Below are positions 1 through 10,415 of a stretch of 64,000 bases of DNA, in pieces. The DNA is from Polyangiaceae bacterium. Its GTDB lineage: Bacteria > Myxococcota_A > Polyangia > Polyangiales > Polyangiaceae. Position 1 is the stretch's first letter; each line of letters opens with the position of its first letter. The notes under the pieces were generated by a model. That model worked only from the letters and a program-made list of their open reading frames with translations. It did not search any database and was not told the origin of the DNA. The stretch is taken from positions 128,001 to 192,000 of the forward strand of contig JAPSGB010000008.1 of NCBI GenBank assembly GCA_035063585.1, read 5' to 3'. Both the position numbers and the translations under genes were made by a program.

Positions 1-268
1 TCCCGCGCTCGAATTCCACGGCGCGCTGGCGCGCGCGGCCGCGCAGTTGGCGCACGGCGTCGAGGTCGCGGTCGCGGTCGCTGCGCCCGTCGTGATCGCG
101 TCACTGGTCGTGGAGGTCGCCGGCGCGCTGGTGGCCCGGGCGGCGAGCCCCGCGTACGTACAGCCGCTGCTCGCGCCGCTCCGCAGCCTAGCGATCCTCG
201 CGGTCGCCGCGCTCCTCTTCGAGCGCATGGCGGAGCTGCTCGCGCTGCTCGCGCGCCGGAGCCCGTGA
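1..268 (+). CDS. FliR/SctT-family type III export membrane protein, C-terminal part (truncated by window start)
   Basis: Frame is open from base 2. Hydrophobic pattern AVAAPVVIASLVVEVAGALVARAASP...LLAPLRSL resembles the FliR/YscT C-terminus (AAP..L..E...G..SR..PQ.....PLK), but divergent. Confidence 0.6.
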   Translation, partial: PALEFHGALARAAAQLAHGVEVAVAVAAPVVIASLVVEVAGALVARAASPAYVQPLLAPLRSLAILAVAALLFERMAELLALLARRSP

Positions 269-274
269 GCGCGC

Positions 275-1009
275 TCAGAGCGGCACGCGATAGCCGACGT
301 TCACGGTCGCGCTCAGCACCGCGTTTCGGCCGGACAGCGAGGCCTCGTCACCGAGCGGATCGCTCGCCGGCTCGCTCGGCAGGAACCAGCCGCCGTAGCG
401 GAGATCTCCGCCGAGCGTCCAGTGCGCGTCGAGCCGATAGGTGAGCCCCGCCGCGAGCCCGAGCGCGTAGCCTTCGGTTCGGATGGTGACGCCGCGCGGG
501 CCTACCAGCGCCTTGTCGTCCGACCCGGACGACGTCGCGTAGGTGTCACCCACCACCACGAGCCCGCCGCTCGGGCCCACCCACGCCTCGAAGCTCTCGC
601 CGAGGTACGGGTAATACCGCGCGAGCGCCTCGACCATGAGGTAGCGCCGGCTGTGATCACGAGTGATCCCCGGTGGATCTTGCCGCGGAGCGTCGGTGGT
701 CGGGATGAGCCCGAGCGTGATCCCCGCGCCGACGTCGAAGAGCGGCGAGGCGCGGTAGAGCGGCGCGATCCGGAGGATCGGGCTGGTGTCGCCCTCGGAG
801 CAGTCGCCCGCGCCGCGCTCGGCGCATACGTCGGCGCCGGGTAGCACGAGCCAGCCGAGGCCGAGCTCCGCGACGCCGAGCCGCTCGGGGCGTGCGCGGT
901 GCCGCTCGACGTCGAGCCCGGGCGGCGCGGCTGGCTCGCCGCGCGCCGCGCCGCCCAGCGTGAGCGTGAGCGCCGCGGCGGCGAGCCCCGCGGTTCCGCG
1001 CCGCGCCAT
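275..1009 (-). CDS. Secreted outer-membrane beta-barrel-like protein
   Basis: ATG at 1009 overlaps the kinase stop (TGATG). Signal peptide MARRGTAGLAAAALTLTLGGAARG, alternating aromatic/Gly beta-strands, C-terminal strand TVNVGYRVPL. Confidence 0.65.
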   Translation of the reverse strand: MARRGTAGLAAAALTLTLGGAARGEPAAPPGLDVERHRARPERLGVAELGLGWLVLPGADVCAERGAGDCSEGDTSPILRIAPLYRASPLFDVGAGITLGLIPTTDAPRQDPPGITRDHSRRYLMVEALARYYPYLGESFEAWVGPSGGLVVVGDTYATSSGSDDKALVGPRGVTIRTEGYALGLAAGLTYRLDAHWTLGGDLRYGGWFLPSEPASDPLGDEASLSGRNAVLSATVNVGYRVPL

Positions 1010-2478
1010 CAGAGCCACCTCCCACCGCCGCCGCCCGCTGCCGGAGCCCGGGTGCCCGGCAGCGAGGGCAGCGGCTCGGATGACGGCGCGGCAGGAGCGC
1101 CGGCGGTCACCGGGGCCGTGGGCGTGGGGAGGGGGTCGGTGCGGCGCGCTGGCCGCGGGGTGGGCTCCGCGGAGGCTGGCGGCGCGGTCGCCGCCGCGGG
1201 CGCCGCGCGCCGCTCGAACCCGGCGAGGCGCGCGGCGACCACCGCGACCACCAGCGCACCCGCGACCAAGCAGGCGGCGATCAGGAGCGTGCGGCGCGTC
1301 CGCTCTGAACGCGTCGGCTCCGCGCTCGTGAGGGGTGCCGGCGGCGCGGGCTCCGGCGCGCTCGGCGGCGGCGCGCGCTCGGCCTCGCCGGACCGCTCGT
1401 GCCGCTGCGTGCGCTCCAGGCTCGCGAGTGACGGCGCCCCGCGCGGGCCGAGCAGCGTGCTCTGCCCGAGAGCGTCCTCCGGAGACAGTCCGCTCTCGCT
1501 GAGCGCCGCGAGGAGCGCGCGCCCAAGCTCCCGAGCGTCGGGGCAACGCTCGGCCGGGTCCTTGGCCAGGTTCGCGTCGACCACGCGCGCGATGGGCTCC
1601 GGGACGTATCCGGCGCGAGCGACCGAGCGGAGCGGGCGCGGCGGCGCGCTCACGTGCTGGATCAGGATGCCGACGGGGTTGTTCGCGTCGAACGGCGTCT
1701 CTCCCGCGAGGCATCGATAGAGCATGGTCGCGAGCGAGTAGACGTCACCCGCGGGGCCCACCGCCTCACCGCGCGCGCCCTCCGGCGAGACATAGCGCGG
1801 GGTGCCGAAGATCACCCCCGTCTGGGTGGCGAGGGAGCCATCGGGCTCCGTCATGCGCGCGACCCCGAAGTCGAGCACCTTGACGAAATCGTCATCGCCG
1901 CCGCGCCTCACGAGCATCACGTTCTCCGGCTTGAGATCGCGATGCACGACGCCCTGCGCGTGCGCTTCGCCCACCGCGTCGCATACCTGGAGCATGACAT
2001 GGAGCGCGCGGAGGAGCGGGAGCGCGCCGCCCGCGGCGCCGAGCGCCGACTCGAGCGAGACGCCGTCGAGGTACTCCATCGCGAGGTAGCCCTCGCCACC
2101 GACCTCGTCGCTCGCCTGCTCGAGCTCGCCGGTCATCAGCACCTCGACCACGTTCGGGTGGGTGAGCCGGCTCGCCACCCGCGCTTCGCGGCGGAAGCGA
2201 GCGATCACGGTGGGCTTGCGGAGGAGGGCTCGGTGTAAGACCTTGAGCGCGACGTCGCGCTCGATGCCCCGCTGGTGAGCGCGATACACGCGGCCCGTGG
2301 CGCCGATCCCGATGAGCTCGCGGAGCTCGAGCTGACCTGCCACCAAGAGCCCGAGATACGGGTCATCCGTGAGCCGTGCCTTCTCTGCCCCGAGCGGCGC
2401 GCCGTCGCGCGGACAGAAGAGCACGCTCGGGGCATAGCGCTCCCCGCACTTCGAGCAGACCCTCCGCGCCTGGTCCAT
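1009..2478 (-). CDS. Hanks-type Ser/Thr protein kinase with N-terminal zinc ribbon and a TM helix
   Basis: IGIGATGRVY, VALKVL, HRDLKPENVML, KVLDFGVA, GTPRYVSPE; CSKC...FCPRDG at the N-terminus; TM LLIAACLVAGALVVAVVAA. Confidence 0.93.
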   Translation of the reverse strand: MDQARRVCSKCGERYAPSVLFCPRDGAPLGAEKARLTDDPYLGLLVAGQLELRELIGIGATGRVYRAHQRGIERDVALKVLHRALLRKPTVIARFRREARVASRLTHPNVVEVLMTGELEQASDEVGGEGYLAMEYLDGVSLESALGAAGGALPLLRALHVMLQVCDAVGEAHAQGVVHRDLKPENVMLVRRGGDDDFVKVLDFGVARMTEPDGSLATQTGVIFGTPRYVSPEGARGEAVGPAGDVYSLATMLYRCLAGETPFDANNPVGILIQHVSAPPRPLRSVARAGYVPEPIARVVDANLAKDPAERCPDARELGRALLAALSESGLSPEDALGQSTLLGPRGAPSLASLERTQRHERSGEAERAPPPSAPEPAPPAPLTSAEPTRSERTRRTLLIAACLVAGALVVAVVAARLAGFERRAAPAAATAPPASAEPTPRPARRTDPLPTPTAPVTAGAPAAPSSEPLPSLPGTRAPAAGGGGGRWL

Positions 2479-2587
2479 TCGGCCAAAATCCCGATTCGCG
2501 GCCAGGCTAGCACGCGCGCTTCGACGCTCCGAGTCGGGATGAGAAAAGCAATCCCGGCGGGCGGCCTATCGACTAGGCTCGGGCCCC

Positions 2588-3265
2588 GTGCTCTCGGCCG
2601 ACCTCGTCCGCCGCATCGTCCTCAACCTGGTCCCTATGGTGCTGTCGCTCACCGTGCACGAGTTCGCTCACGCGTACGTCGCGGATCGGCTCGGTGACGA
2701 CACGCCGCGGCGCCAGGGGCGGCTCACCTTGTCGCCGATGGCCCACTACGACGTCTTCGGCACGCTCCTCGTCCCGATCGCGGCGGTGTACTTCGCTGGT
2801 TTTGCCATGATCGGTTGGGCGCGCCCCGTCGAGTTCTCTCCGGCCGCGCTCTCACGGCGGTTCACCATGCGCACTGGCGCGGCGCTCGTCGCGCTGGCCG
2901 GCCCGCTCTCGAACCTGGCCCTCGCGGTGCTGTCCCTCGGCGCGCTGGCAGCGACGCTGCATTTTCGCCCCGACTGGCTGGTGGCGGGCGCGCCGGCGGT
3001 GGCGCTCCTCCAGTCGATGTACATCATCAACGTGGGGCTCTGCATCTTCAACCTCCTGCCCTTGCCGCCACTCGACGGCAGTCGGCTGCTGCCGCGGAGC
3101 CTCGACGACCTCCAGCAGGCGGTCGCGCCGTATTCGTTCCTGCTCTTGCTGGCCATCCTCTACTCGGGGACGCTTCGGCACGTGCTCCTCGAGGTCCCGA
3201 TGCAGGTCGTCGCCGGCGGGCTCGAGGCGCTCTTTCGGATCCGCGTGTTCGGAGGGCTCTCGTGA
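2588..3265 (+). CDS. Site-2 protease family (M50) membrane metalloprotease
   Basis: HEFAH zinc motif, ALAGPLSN and FNLLPLPPLDG motifs. Confidence 0.93.
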   Translation: MLSADLVRRIVLNLVPMVLSLTVHEFAHAYVADRLGDDTPRRQGRLTLSPMAHYDVFGTLLVPIAAVYFAGFAMIGWARPVEFSPAALSRRFTMRTGAALVALAGPLSNLALAVLSLGALAATLHFRPDWLVAGAPAVALLQSMYIINVGLCIFNLLPLPPLDGSRLLPRSLDDLQQAVAPYSFLLLLAILYSGTLRHVLLEVPMQVVAGGLEALFRIRVFGGLS

Positions 3266-4190
3266 GCGAAGACGAGCCCGAGGCTTCGCCGGTCGCCGAC
3301 GGCGCGGGCGGCGGCTACCGCGTCGCGCTCCCGATCTTCGAGGGGCCGCTCGACCTCCTGCTCCACCTCATCCAGGAGCACGAGCTCGACATTCGCGACA
3401 TCCCCATCGGTTTTGTCACGGAGAAATACGTCGAATACATCAAGCTCATGCAGGAGCTGAACATCGACGTCGCGAGCGAGTATCTCGTCATGGCGGCGAC
3501 GCTCGCGCACATCAAGTCGAAGATGCTCCTGCCGACGCCGCCTGCCGACCAGGACGGCTCGGATGACCTCGACGAGCTCGACCCTCGCGGCGAGCTCGTC
3601 CGCCGACTCCTCGAGTACCAGAAGTACAAGCAGGCAGCCGCCGATCTCGCCGATCGCAGCGTGCTCGGGCGCGACGTCTTCGGGCGTGGAGCCCCTGCGC
3701 CGAGCGTCGACGGACCGGCGCCGCTCGCGTCGATCAGCCTCTTCTCGCTGCTCGACGCCTTTCAAGGCGTTTTGTCGCGCGCCAAGATCACGGTCGATCA
3801 CGAGATCGATTTCGAGCGCTTCTCGATCGCCGATCGCATCAACGAGGTGGTCGACCTGCTCCGCGGGCGAGAGGTGGTGCGGTTCGAGGAGCTCTTCGAG
3901 GGGGCGCGCACGCGCGGCGACCTGATCCTCACCTTCCTCGCGCTGCTCGAGATGACGAGGCTTCGCATCACGCGCCTCCGGCAGGAGGTGCCGCTCGCTC
4001 CCATTTTCATCGAGCTCGCGGTGACCGAGGGCGAGGCGAGCTCGCTCGCCTCGCAGGCGAGCGAGGACGTGGGAGCGCCCGCGGCGGAGCCCGAGCCCGT
4101 GGCGCGCGCGCCGCGCCGAGCCGACCCAAGCGAGACGACCGACGACGAGCCCGCCGCGGAAGAGGAAGCGCCGGGCACGGAGCACGACTG

Positions 4191-4191
<1 letters not shown>
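3262..4191 (+). CDS. scpA: Segregation/condensation protein A
   Basis: FEGPLDLLLHLI, ASEYLVMAATLAHIKSKMLLP, TFLALLEM. GTG start overlaps the upstream stop; scpB follows. Confidence 0.95.
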
Positions 4192-5513
<1,322 letters not shown>

Positions 5514-5546
5514 GCTCGCGTCGTGCGTCTGGCGCGGCTTCGGCGA

Positions 5547-5888
5547 CTATTTCGCGGGGCTTGCCGGGTCGGAGTACTTCTCGGCGAGCTTTGCGACCTG
5601 AGCGAAGAGCTCGGGGTGCTCGAGCAGCTTACGGACGACCTCCCACAGCCGGGGCTCGTCGAGCAGCTGGAGTCCGGTCTTCTTGGCCTTGCCGCGCGGC
5701 GCCCGAACGATGGCGTCGGGGCCCTTCTTTCGTAGCGCCTCCATCATCGTCACGTGTCGCTTGGTCGGGAACGTCTCTCCCGTCTCCCAGGCGAGCACGG
5801 TCTTCTGATCGAGGTCGAGCGCTGCTGCGAGCTCGCGCGTGGAGCACTTGAGCTCTTCGCGGAGCTTCTTGAGGTCGTCGGAGAGCAC
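5547..5888 (-). CDS. XRE-family helix-turn-helix protein
   Basis: LKKLREELKCSTRELAAALDLDQKTVLAWETGETFP. GTG start chosen at 5888. Confidence 0.85.
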   Translation of the reverse strand: MLSDDLKKLREELKCSTRELAAALDLDQKTVLAWETGETFPTKRHVTMMEALRKKGPDAIVRAPRGKAKKTGLQLLDEPRLWEVVRKLLEHPELFAQVAKLAEKYSDPASPAK

Positions 5889-6021
5889 GCGCCGACCGTA
5901 GCACCGCTCGACCGGGGCCGTACGACGCAACCGGGCATGGGCCTCGCCCGATGCGGCCCGCATGCGCTCCGGTCATCCGACGCCTGTCTGCTCGCCGCTG
6001 CGAGCTCGTCGCGCTCGTCGC

Positions 6022-7500
6022 ATGGCCGCCGCCCGGGCGCTCGAGCTCGCGCTCGGCGCCATCGCGTTGGGCTGCCAGGCCCCGCTCCCGGACCTGCCGG
6101 ACCGCGTCGAATCCGCGGATGCAGGAGCCGACGCCGAGGCGGCGGCGCTCGTGATCGAGCCCGCGGGGGACGCGAGCGCGGCACCGCCGGTGCTCCGCCT
6201 GCGGGTGTCGGCGCCGGGCGACGCGGGCCTGGTGCCGTTGCTCTTCGAGGGGGAGCTCGGGAGCTATCATCTCGGGAAGATCAAGAAAGGGGACCTCCCG
6301 GCGACCCTCCGCGCGCGGAGCCTGCCCGTGCTCGCCTGGAGCGCTCCGGGATACGCGGTCGTCGCACCGACCGCGGCGTTGACGCCCGGCGCGAGCTACA
6401 GCGTGGCCAGCGAGGGGCTCGGCCTGCTCGGCACCTTCGAGGTCGTGGCGGACGGCGTGCCCGTCCTCGCCCGGCTCTGGCCTCCGCCCGGAGCGGCCGG
6501 CGCGGTCGCCGTCTATTGCGGGGAGCCCGGCGATGCGCCGCGCGAGGGGGGGAGCGTGACGCTCGAGCCCGCCGGAGTCCTGGCGCGCTTCACGCCGGGA
6601 GCGCTCGATGCGGGGCTGCTCGAGGATCGCTGTGTCACGCTGGACGTAGCTCGCGCGCTCGATGAGTCGGACGGCGCGCTCGCGCCGCCGCTCAGGGTCG
6701 GTGCCGCCGCGCTGGAGCCGGAGCCGCTCGGGGGCGCTCCCGCGCCGCAGGGTACTCGCGCGGCCTGCGAGGCAGGCGAGCGCCCCCTCGGCCCGGGCTG
6801 CGCGAGCGTGGATGACGATCGCATCGTGGTGCGCGCTCCGAGCGACGCGCGGCTCTGGTGCCTCGTGAGCAGCCGCGTCACGCTGCTGCGCGCGGTCCCC
6901 GGTGGTACGCGGTTCGTGGTGCGGGGCTGGGCGCCGCTCGAGCTCGCCCGGGTCGCGGTCACGGTGGCGGACGGCGCGGGGAACCTCGAGCGGGCCGCGG
7001 ACGAGCTCACCTTCCTCCCGGCGCGCCCGCATGTCGTCATCAGCGAGGTGCTCGCAAACCCTAGCGGGCGCGAGCCTGCCCAGGAGTGGGTGGAGCTCGT
7101 GAACGACGGCAGTCTCGCCGTCGAGCTCGAGGGTTGGGCGCTCAGCGACGGCGCCGGCGAGACGATCTTGCCGGCGCTGCGGCTCGAGCCCGGCGCGTAC
7201 GCGCTCGTGGTGCGCGAAGACTTCGTGCGGGACGACGGCGCGGACGTGCCCGTGCCCGGCGACGTCCCGCTCCTCGTGGTGCGCGAGCTCGGCAAGAGCG
7301 GGCTCTCGAACTCGGGCGAGGCGCTCGAGTTGCGAGAGCCGTCGGGGGTCGTCCGCTCGCGGTTCCCTGCGCGGAGCGCCTCGAAGGCCGGCGTCAGCAT
7401 CGCGCGCCGCGAGCCGGGCTCGCTCGATGACGACGCGCTGGCGTTCGGCCGGAGCGGGGAAGCGGGAGCCACCCCGGGCGCGCCGAACACGCTCGAGTGA
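6022..7500 (+). CDS. Lamin-tail-domain (LTD) lipoprotein
   Basis: Lipobox ALGC; C-terminal VVISEVLANP...EWVELVN...LEGWALSD...LSNSGE...TPGAPN is typical of LTD. Confidence 0.8.
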   Translation: MAAARALELALGAIALGCQAPLPDLPDRVESADAGADAEAAALVIEPAGDASAAPPVLRLRVSAPGDAGLVPLLFEGELGSYHLGKIKKGDLPATLRARSLPVLAWSAPGYAVVAPTAALTPGASYSVASEGLGLLGTFEVVADGVPVLARLWPPPGAAGAVAVYCGEPGDAPREGGSVTLEPAGVLARFTPGALDAGLLEDRCVTLDVARALDESDGALAPPLRVGAAALEPEPLGGAPAPQGTRAACEAGERPLGPGCASVDDDRIVVRAPSDARLWCLVSSRVTLLRAVPGGTRFVVRGWAPLELARVAVTVADGAGNLERAADELTFLPARPHVVISEVLANPSGREPAQEWVELVNDGSLAVELEGWALSDGAGETILPALRLEPGAYALVVREDFVRDDGADVPVPGDVPLLVVRELGKSGLSNSGEALELREPSGVVRSRFPARSASKAGVSIARREPGSLDDDALAFGRSGEAGATPGAPNTLE

Positions 7501-7613
7501 GCTCGGCGCGGTAGGCCCCGCGCGGTCCGCGCCCCGCGCGGCCCGCTCCCCGGTCGCCGGCCGCGACGGATCGGCCACCCAGGACCTCCGCTGACGCGGC
7601 TGCCCGCCGCCGC

Positions 7614-8978
7614 TCAGGTACCGGCGATGGTCATCGAGGCGACGCGGAAGGTGGGCGCCGCGGTCGAGGTCTTGAGCTCGAGATCGCTGGCCACCGCGTC
7701 GACTCCTTTCAACATGGAATCGAGGCTCGAGGAGACGGTGATCTCGCTCACGGGGAAGGCGAGCTGGCCGTCCTCGATCCAGAAGCCAGCCGCGCCGCGC
7801 GAGTAGTCGCCGGTGAGCGGGTTGAAGCCGAAGCCCATCATCTCCGTGACGTAGAGGCCGCGTCCGGTCGACGCGATGAGCTCGTCGCGGCTCATCGCCC
7901 CGGCTTGCATCGTGAAGTTGGTGGTGCCGGCCGAGATCGACCCGCCCGAGCGATGCGCGCTCGCGGTCGACTCGAGGCCGAGCTTGCGCGCGCTGTAGCA
8001 GTCGAGGAGGAACGTCTCGAGCACGCCGTCCTTTACCACCACGTTCCGGCGCGATCGGAGCCCCTCGCCGTCGAAGGCGCGGGAGCCGAGGGCGCGCGGG
8101 ATCAGCGGGTCGTCGATCAGCGTGACGAGCGGGCTCGCGACCACGGTCCCCACGCGGTCGACGAGGTAGCTCGACTTTCGCCAGACCGCGCCGCCGGTGA
8201 TGCACCCAGCGAAGGTGCCGATGAGGGAGCGCGCGACGTCGGGATCGAAGACCACCGGCGCCTCGCAGGTCGGCACCTTGCGCGCGCCGAGCTTGGCGAG
8301 CGTGCGCCGCGCCGCCTCGCGACCGACCTCGAGCGTATCCTCGAGATCTGCGAGGTATCGTGCGCCCGTCCAGTAATGGCCGCGCCGGCGCTTGCCGCCC
8401 TCGTCCTCGACGACCGGTGAGACGACCAGCGACGCGTACGACCCGGTCACCCGCGCCGTGAAGCCGCTCGAGAGCACCATCACCCCGGTCGACTCGCTGC
8501 GGGAGAAGGTGGCGCCCTCGCTCAGGGTGATGCGCGGATCGAAGTCGAGCGCGGCGCGCTCCGCGTCGCGCGCTCGCCGGAGCGCTTCGCTGGCGTCGAT
8601 CGCGCCCGTCCGGGGGTCGTAGAGCTCGAGCGCGGGGTGGGGCGGCTGGGCGAGGGCGCTCGGCTCGGCGGGCCCCGCCGCGGCGTCGGGCTGGCTCAGC
8701 TCGGCGAGCATGAGGGCGTCCGCGACGCAGCGCTCGAGCCCCTCGGGGGAGAGATCGCTCGTCGAGGTGAGCGCCACGCGCTGCTCCTTGATCACGCGGA
8801 GCGAGACGCCGCGATGCCCGGCCTCCTCGACCAGCTCCGGCTCACCGAGGCGGACTCGCGTAGAGAGCTCCCAGCCCGCGCGCGCGCTCGCCTCGGCGAC
8901 CTCCGCGCCCCGCGCGCGCGCTCGCTCGACCACCTGGGCGCAGAGCTCGGTGAGCGCGTCGCCATCGCTCTCATTCAT
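7614..8978 (-). CDS. pmbA: TldE/PmbA family protein
   Basis: DDPLIPRALGSRAFDGEG, TGDYSRGAAGFWIEDG, PVSEITV; no HExxH, so the PmbA rather than the TldD subunit. Confidence 0.9.
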   Translation of the reverse strand: MNESDGDALTELCAQVVERARARGAEVAEASARAGWELSTRVRLGEPELVEEAGHRGVSLRVIKEQRVALTSTSDLSPEGLERCVADALMLAELSQPDAAAGPAEPSALAQPPHPALELYDPRTGAIDASEALRRARDAERAALDFDPRITLSEGATFSRSESTGVMVLSSGFTARVTGSYASLVVSPVVEDEGGKRRRGHYWTGARYLADLEDTLEVGREAARRTLAKLGARKVPTCEAPVVFDPDVARSLIGTFAGCITGGAVWRKSSYLVDRVGTVVASPLVTLIDDPLIPRALGSRAFDGEGLRSRRNVVVKDGVLETFLLDCYSARKLGLESTASAHRSGGSISAGTTNFTMQAGAMSRDELIASTGRGLYVTEMMGFGFNPLTGDYSRGAAGFWIEDGQLAFPVSEITVSSSLDSMLKGVDAVASDLELKTSTAAPTFRVASMTIAGT

Positions 8979-9009
8979 GCGGGGAACCTGTCGCGGCCGG
9001 CGCCGCTCG

Positions 9010-9570
9010 TCAATTGCGTCGCGAGCCTTGCCCAATCCGGCGGAGCGAGCGGGTCGTCCACCAGACGCCGGCCGTGAGCACCGCGCTCATCCAGAGGAGC
9101 GAGTAGCCGAGCGAGCCGCCGGCCACCGCGCGCTGCCCGAAGTCGCCATGGTACTGGGCGAAGGTCGCCTGGACCGAGAGCCGCCGGAAGCAGAGGCCCA
9201 CGAACAGCACCGGCGCGAGCGCAGGCGCGGCGGCGAACCGCACGACGCCGCCGAGCCGATGCACGCTCGCGGCCCGAGCCGCGGCGAGGAAACCGACCGG
9301 CACGCTCGCCGCGTCGACCAGCACGAGCGCGAGATCGACCGCTGCCGGCAGGCGCTGCGTGTCGATGAGATAGGCGAACGACCAGTCGGGGTTGAACGCC
9401 ATGAAGTACGCTGCGACCGGCGCGAACACGAGCAACCCGAACCAGCTGACGACGACCAGCGAGCGGCTCGTTGCACCGGACCCGGTAGCGCGCCCGAGCT
9501 CGCCTGCCGCCGCCCACGCGAACGCGACGCCGAGGCAGAAGCCGATGAAGGGCGCGACGGGAGCGGGCAT
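9010..9570 (-). CDS. Hypothetical multi-pass membrane protein
   Basis: About 5 hydrophobic segments; ATG at 9570; lies 31 bp upstream of pmbA on the same strand. Confidence 0.7.
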   Translation of the reverse strand: MPAPVAPFIGFCLGVAFAWAAAGELGRATGSGATSRSLVVVSWFGLLVFAPVAAYFMAFNPDWSFAYLIDTQRLPAAVDLALVLVDAASVPVGFLAAARAASVHRLGGVVRFAAAPALAPVLFVGLCFRRLSVQATFAQYHGDFGQRAVAGGSLGYSLLWMSAVLTAGVWWTTRSLRRIGQGSRRN

Positions 9571-9641
9571 CGGGCGCGAGCCTACCTCAGCACGGCCGCG
9601 GGTCTGGCGAAAGCCGGCAGAGTGGACTAGATGCTCCCGCG

Positions 9642-10415
9642 ATGGACCCGGATCGGCTGCGGGAGCTCCTCGAAGCGGTGAAGGCCGGCGGGGCGACGGT
9701 GGACGCGGCGCTCGACCAGCTGCGTAAGCTGCCATTTTTCGATCTCGGCTACGCGCGCGTCGATCACCACCGCGCGCTCCGGCAGGGAATGCCCGAGGTC
9801 ATCCTCGGCGAGGCGAAGACGCCGGAGCAGATCGCCGGAATCGCCGGGCAGCTCGCGCGCGCCGGGCAGAACGTCCTCGTGACCCGCGTCGAGGCGGAGA
9901 AGGCGGCCCGGCTCCGAGAGCTCTATCCGGAGCTCACGTATCGTGAGCTGGCGCGCGTCGTGACGCTCGAGCAGCACCCGCCGCGACCGCGTCCGATCGC
10001 CGCGGTGCCCGTCGTGACGGCGGGCACGAGCGACATCCCCGTCGCCGAGGAGGCCTGCGAGACGCTCCGCCTGTGCGGCATCGCGGCCGAGCGCGTCTAT
10101 GACGTCGGCGTGGCGGGGATTCACCGGCTGGTCGGCGAGCTCGACCTCCTCTCGACCGCGGCCGCGGTCATCGTGGTAGCTGGCATGGAGGGGGCGCTCG
10201 CGAGCGTGGTCGGTGGCCTGCTCGGCTGTCCGGTCATCGCGGTGCCGACCTCGATCGGCTACGGCGCCTCGCTCGGCGGGCTCACGGCGCTCTTCGGCAT
10301 GCTCTCGGGCTGCGCCTCGGGGGTCACGGTCGTGAACATCGACAACGGTTTCGGCGCCGCGATGGCGGTCGCGCGCATGGCGTTCGCCCGCGAGCACGCC
10401 TCGGGGGCAGCGTGA
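9642..10415 (+). CDS. larB: Nickel-pincer cofactor biosynthesis carboxylase/hydrolase LarB (PurE-like)
   Basis: ARVDHHRALRQGMPEVI, TAGTSDIPVAEE, DVGVAGIHRL, AGMEGAL, VPTSIGYGA, VVNIDNGFGAA. Confidence 0.95.
   Translation: MDPDRLRELLEAVKAGGATVDAALDQLRKLPFFDLGYARVDHHRALRQGMPEVILGEAKTPEQIAGIAGQLARAGQNVLVTRVEAEKAARLRELYPELTYRELARVVTLEQHPPRPRPIAAVPVVTAGTSDIPVAEEACETLRLCGIAAERVYDVGVAGIHRLVGELDLLSTAAAVIVVAGMEGALASVVGGLLGCPVIAVPTSIGYGASLGGLTALFGMLSGCASGVTVVNIDNGFGAAMAVARMAFAREHASGAA

Noticed and set aside
5547..5888. XRE protein as an antitoxin or prophage repressor
   Set aside because: No adjacent toxin, integrase or phage genes.
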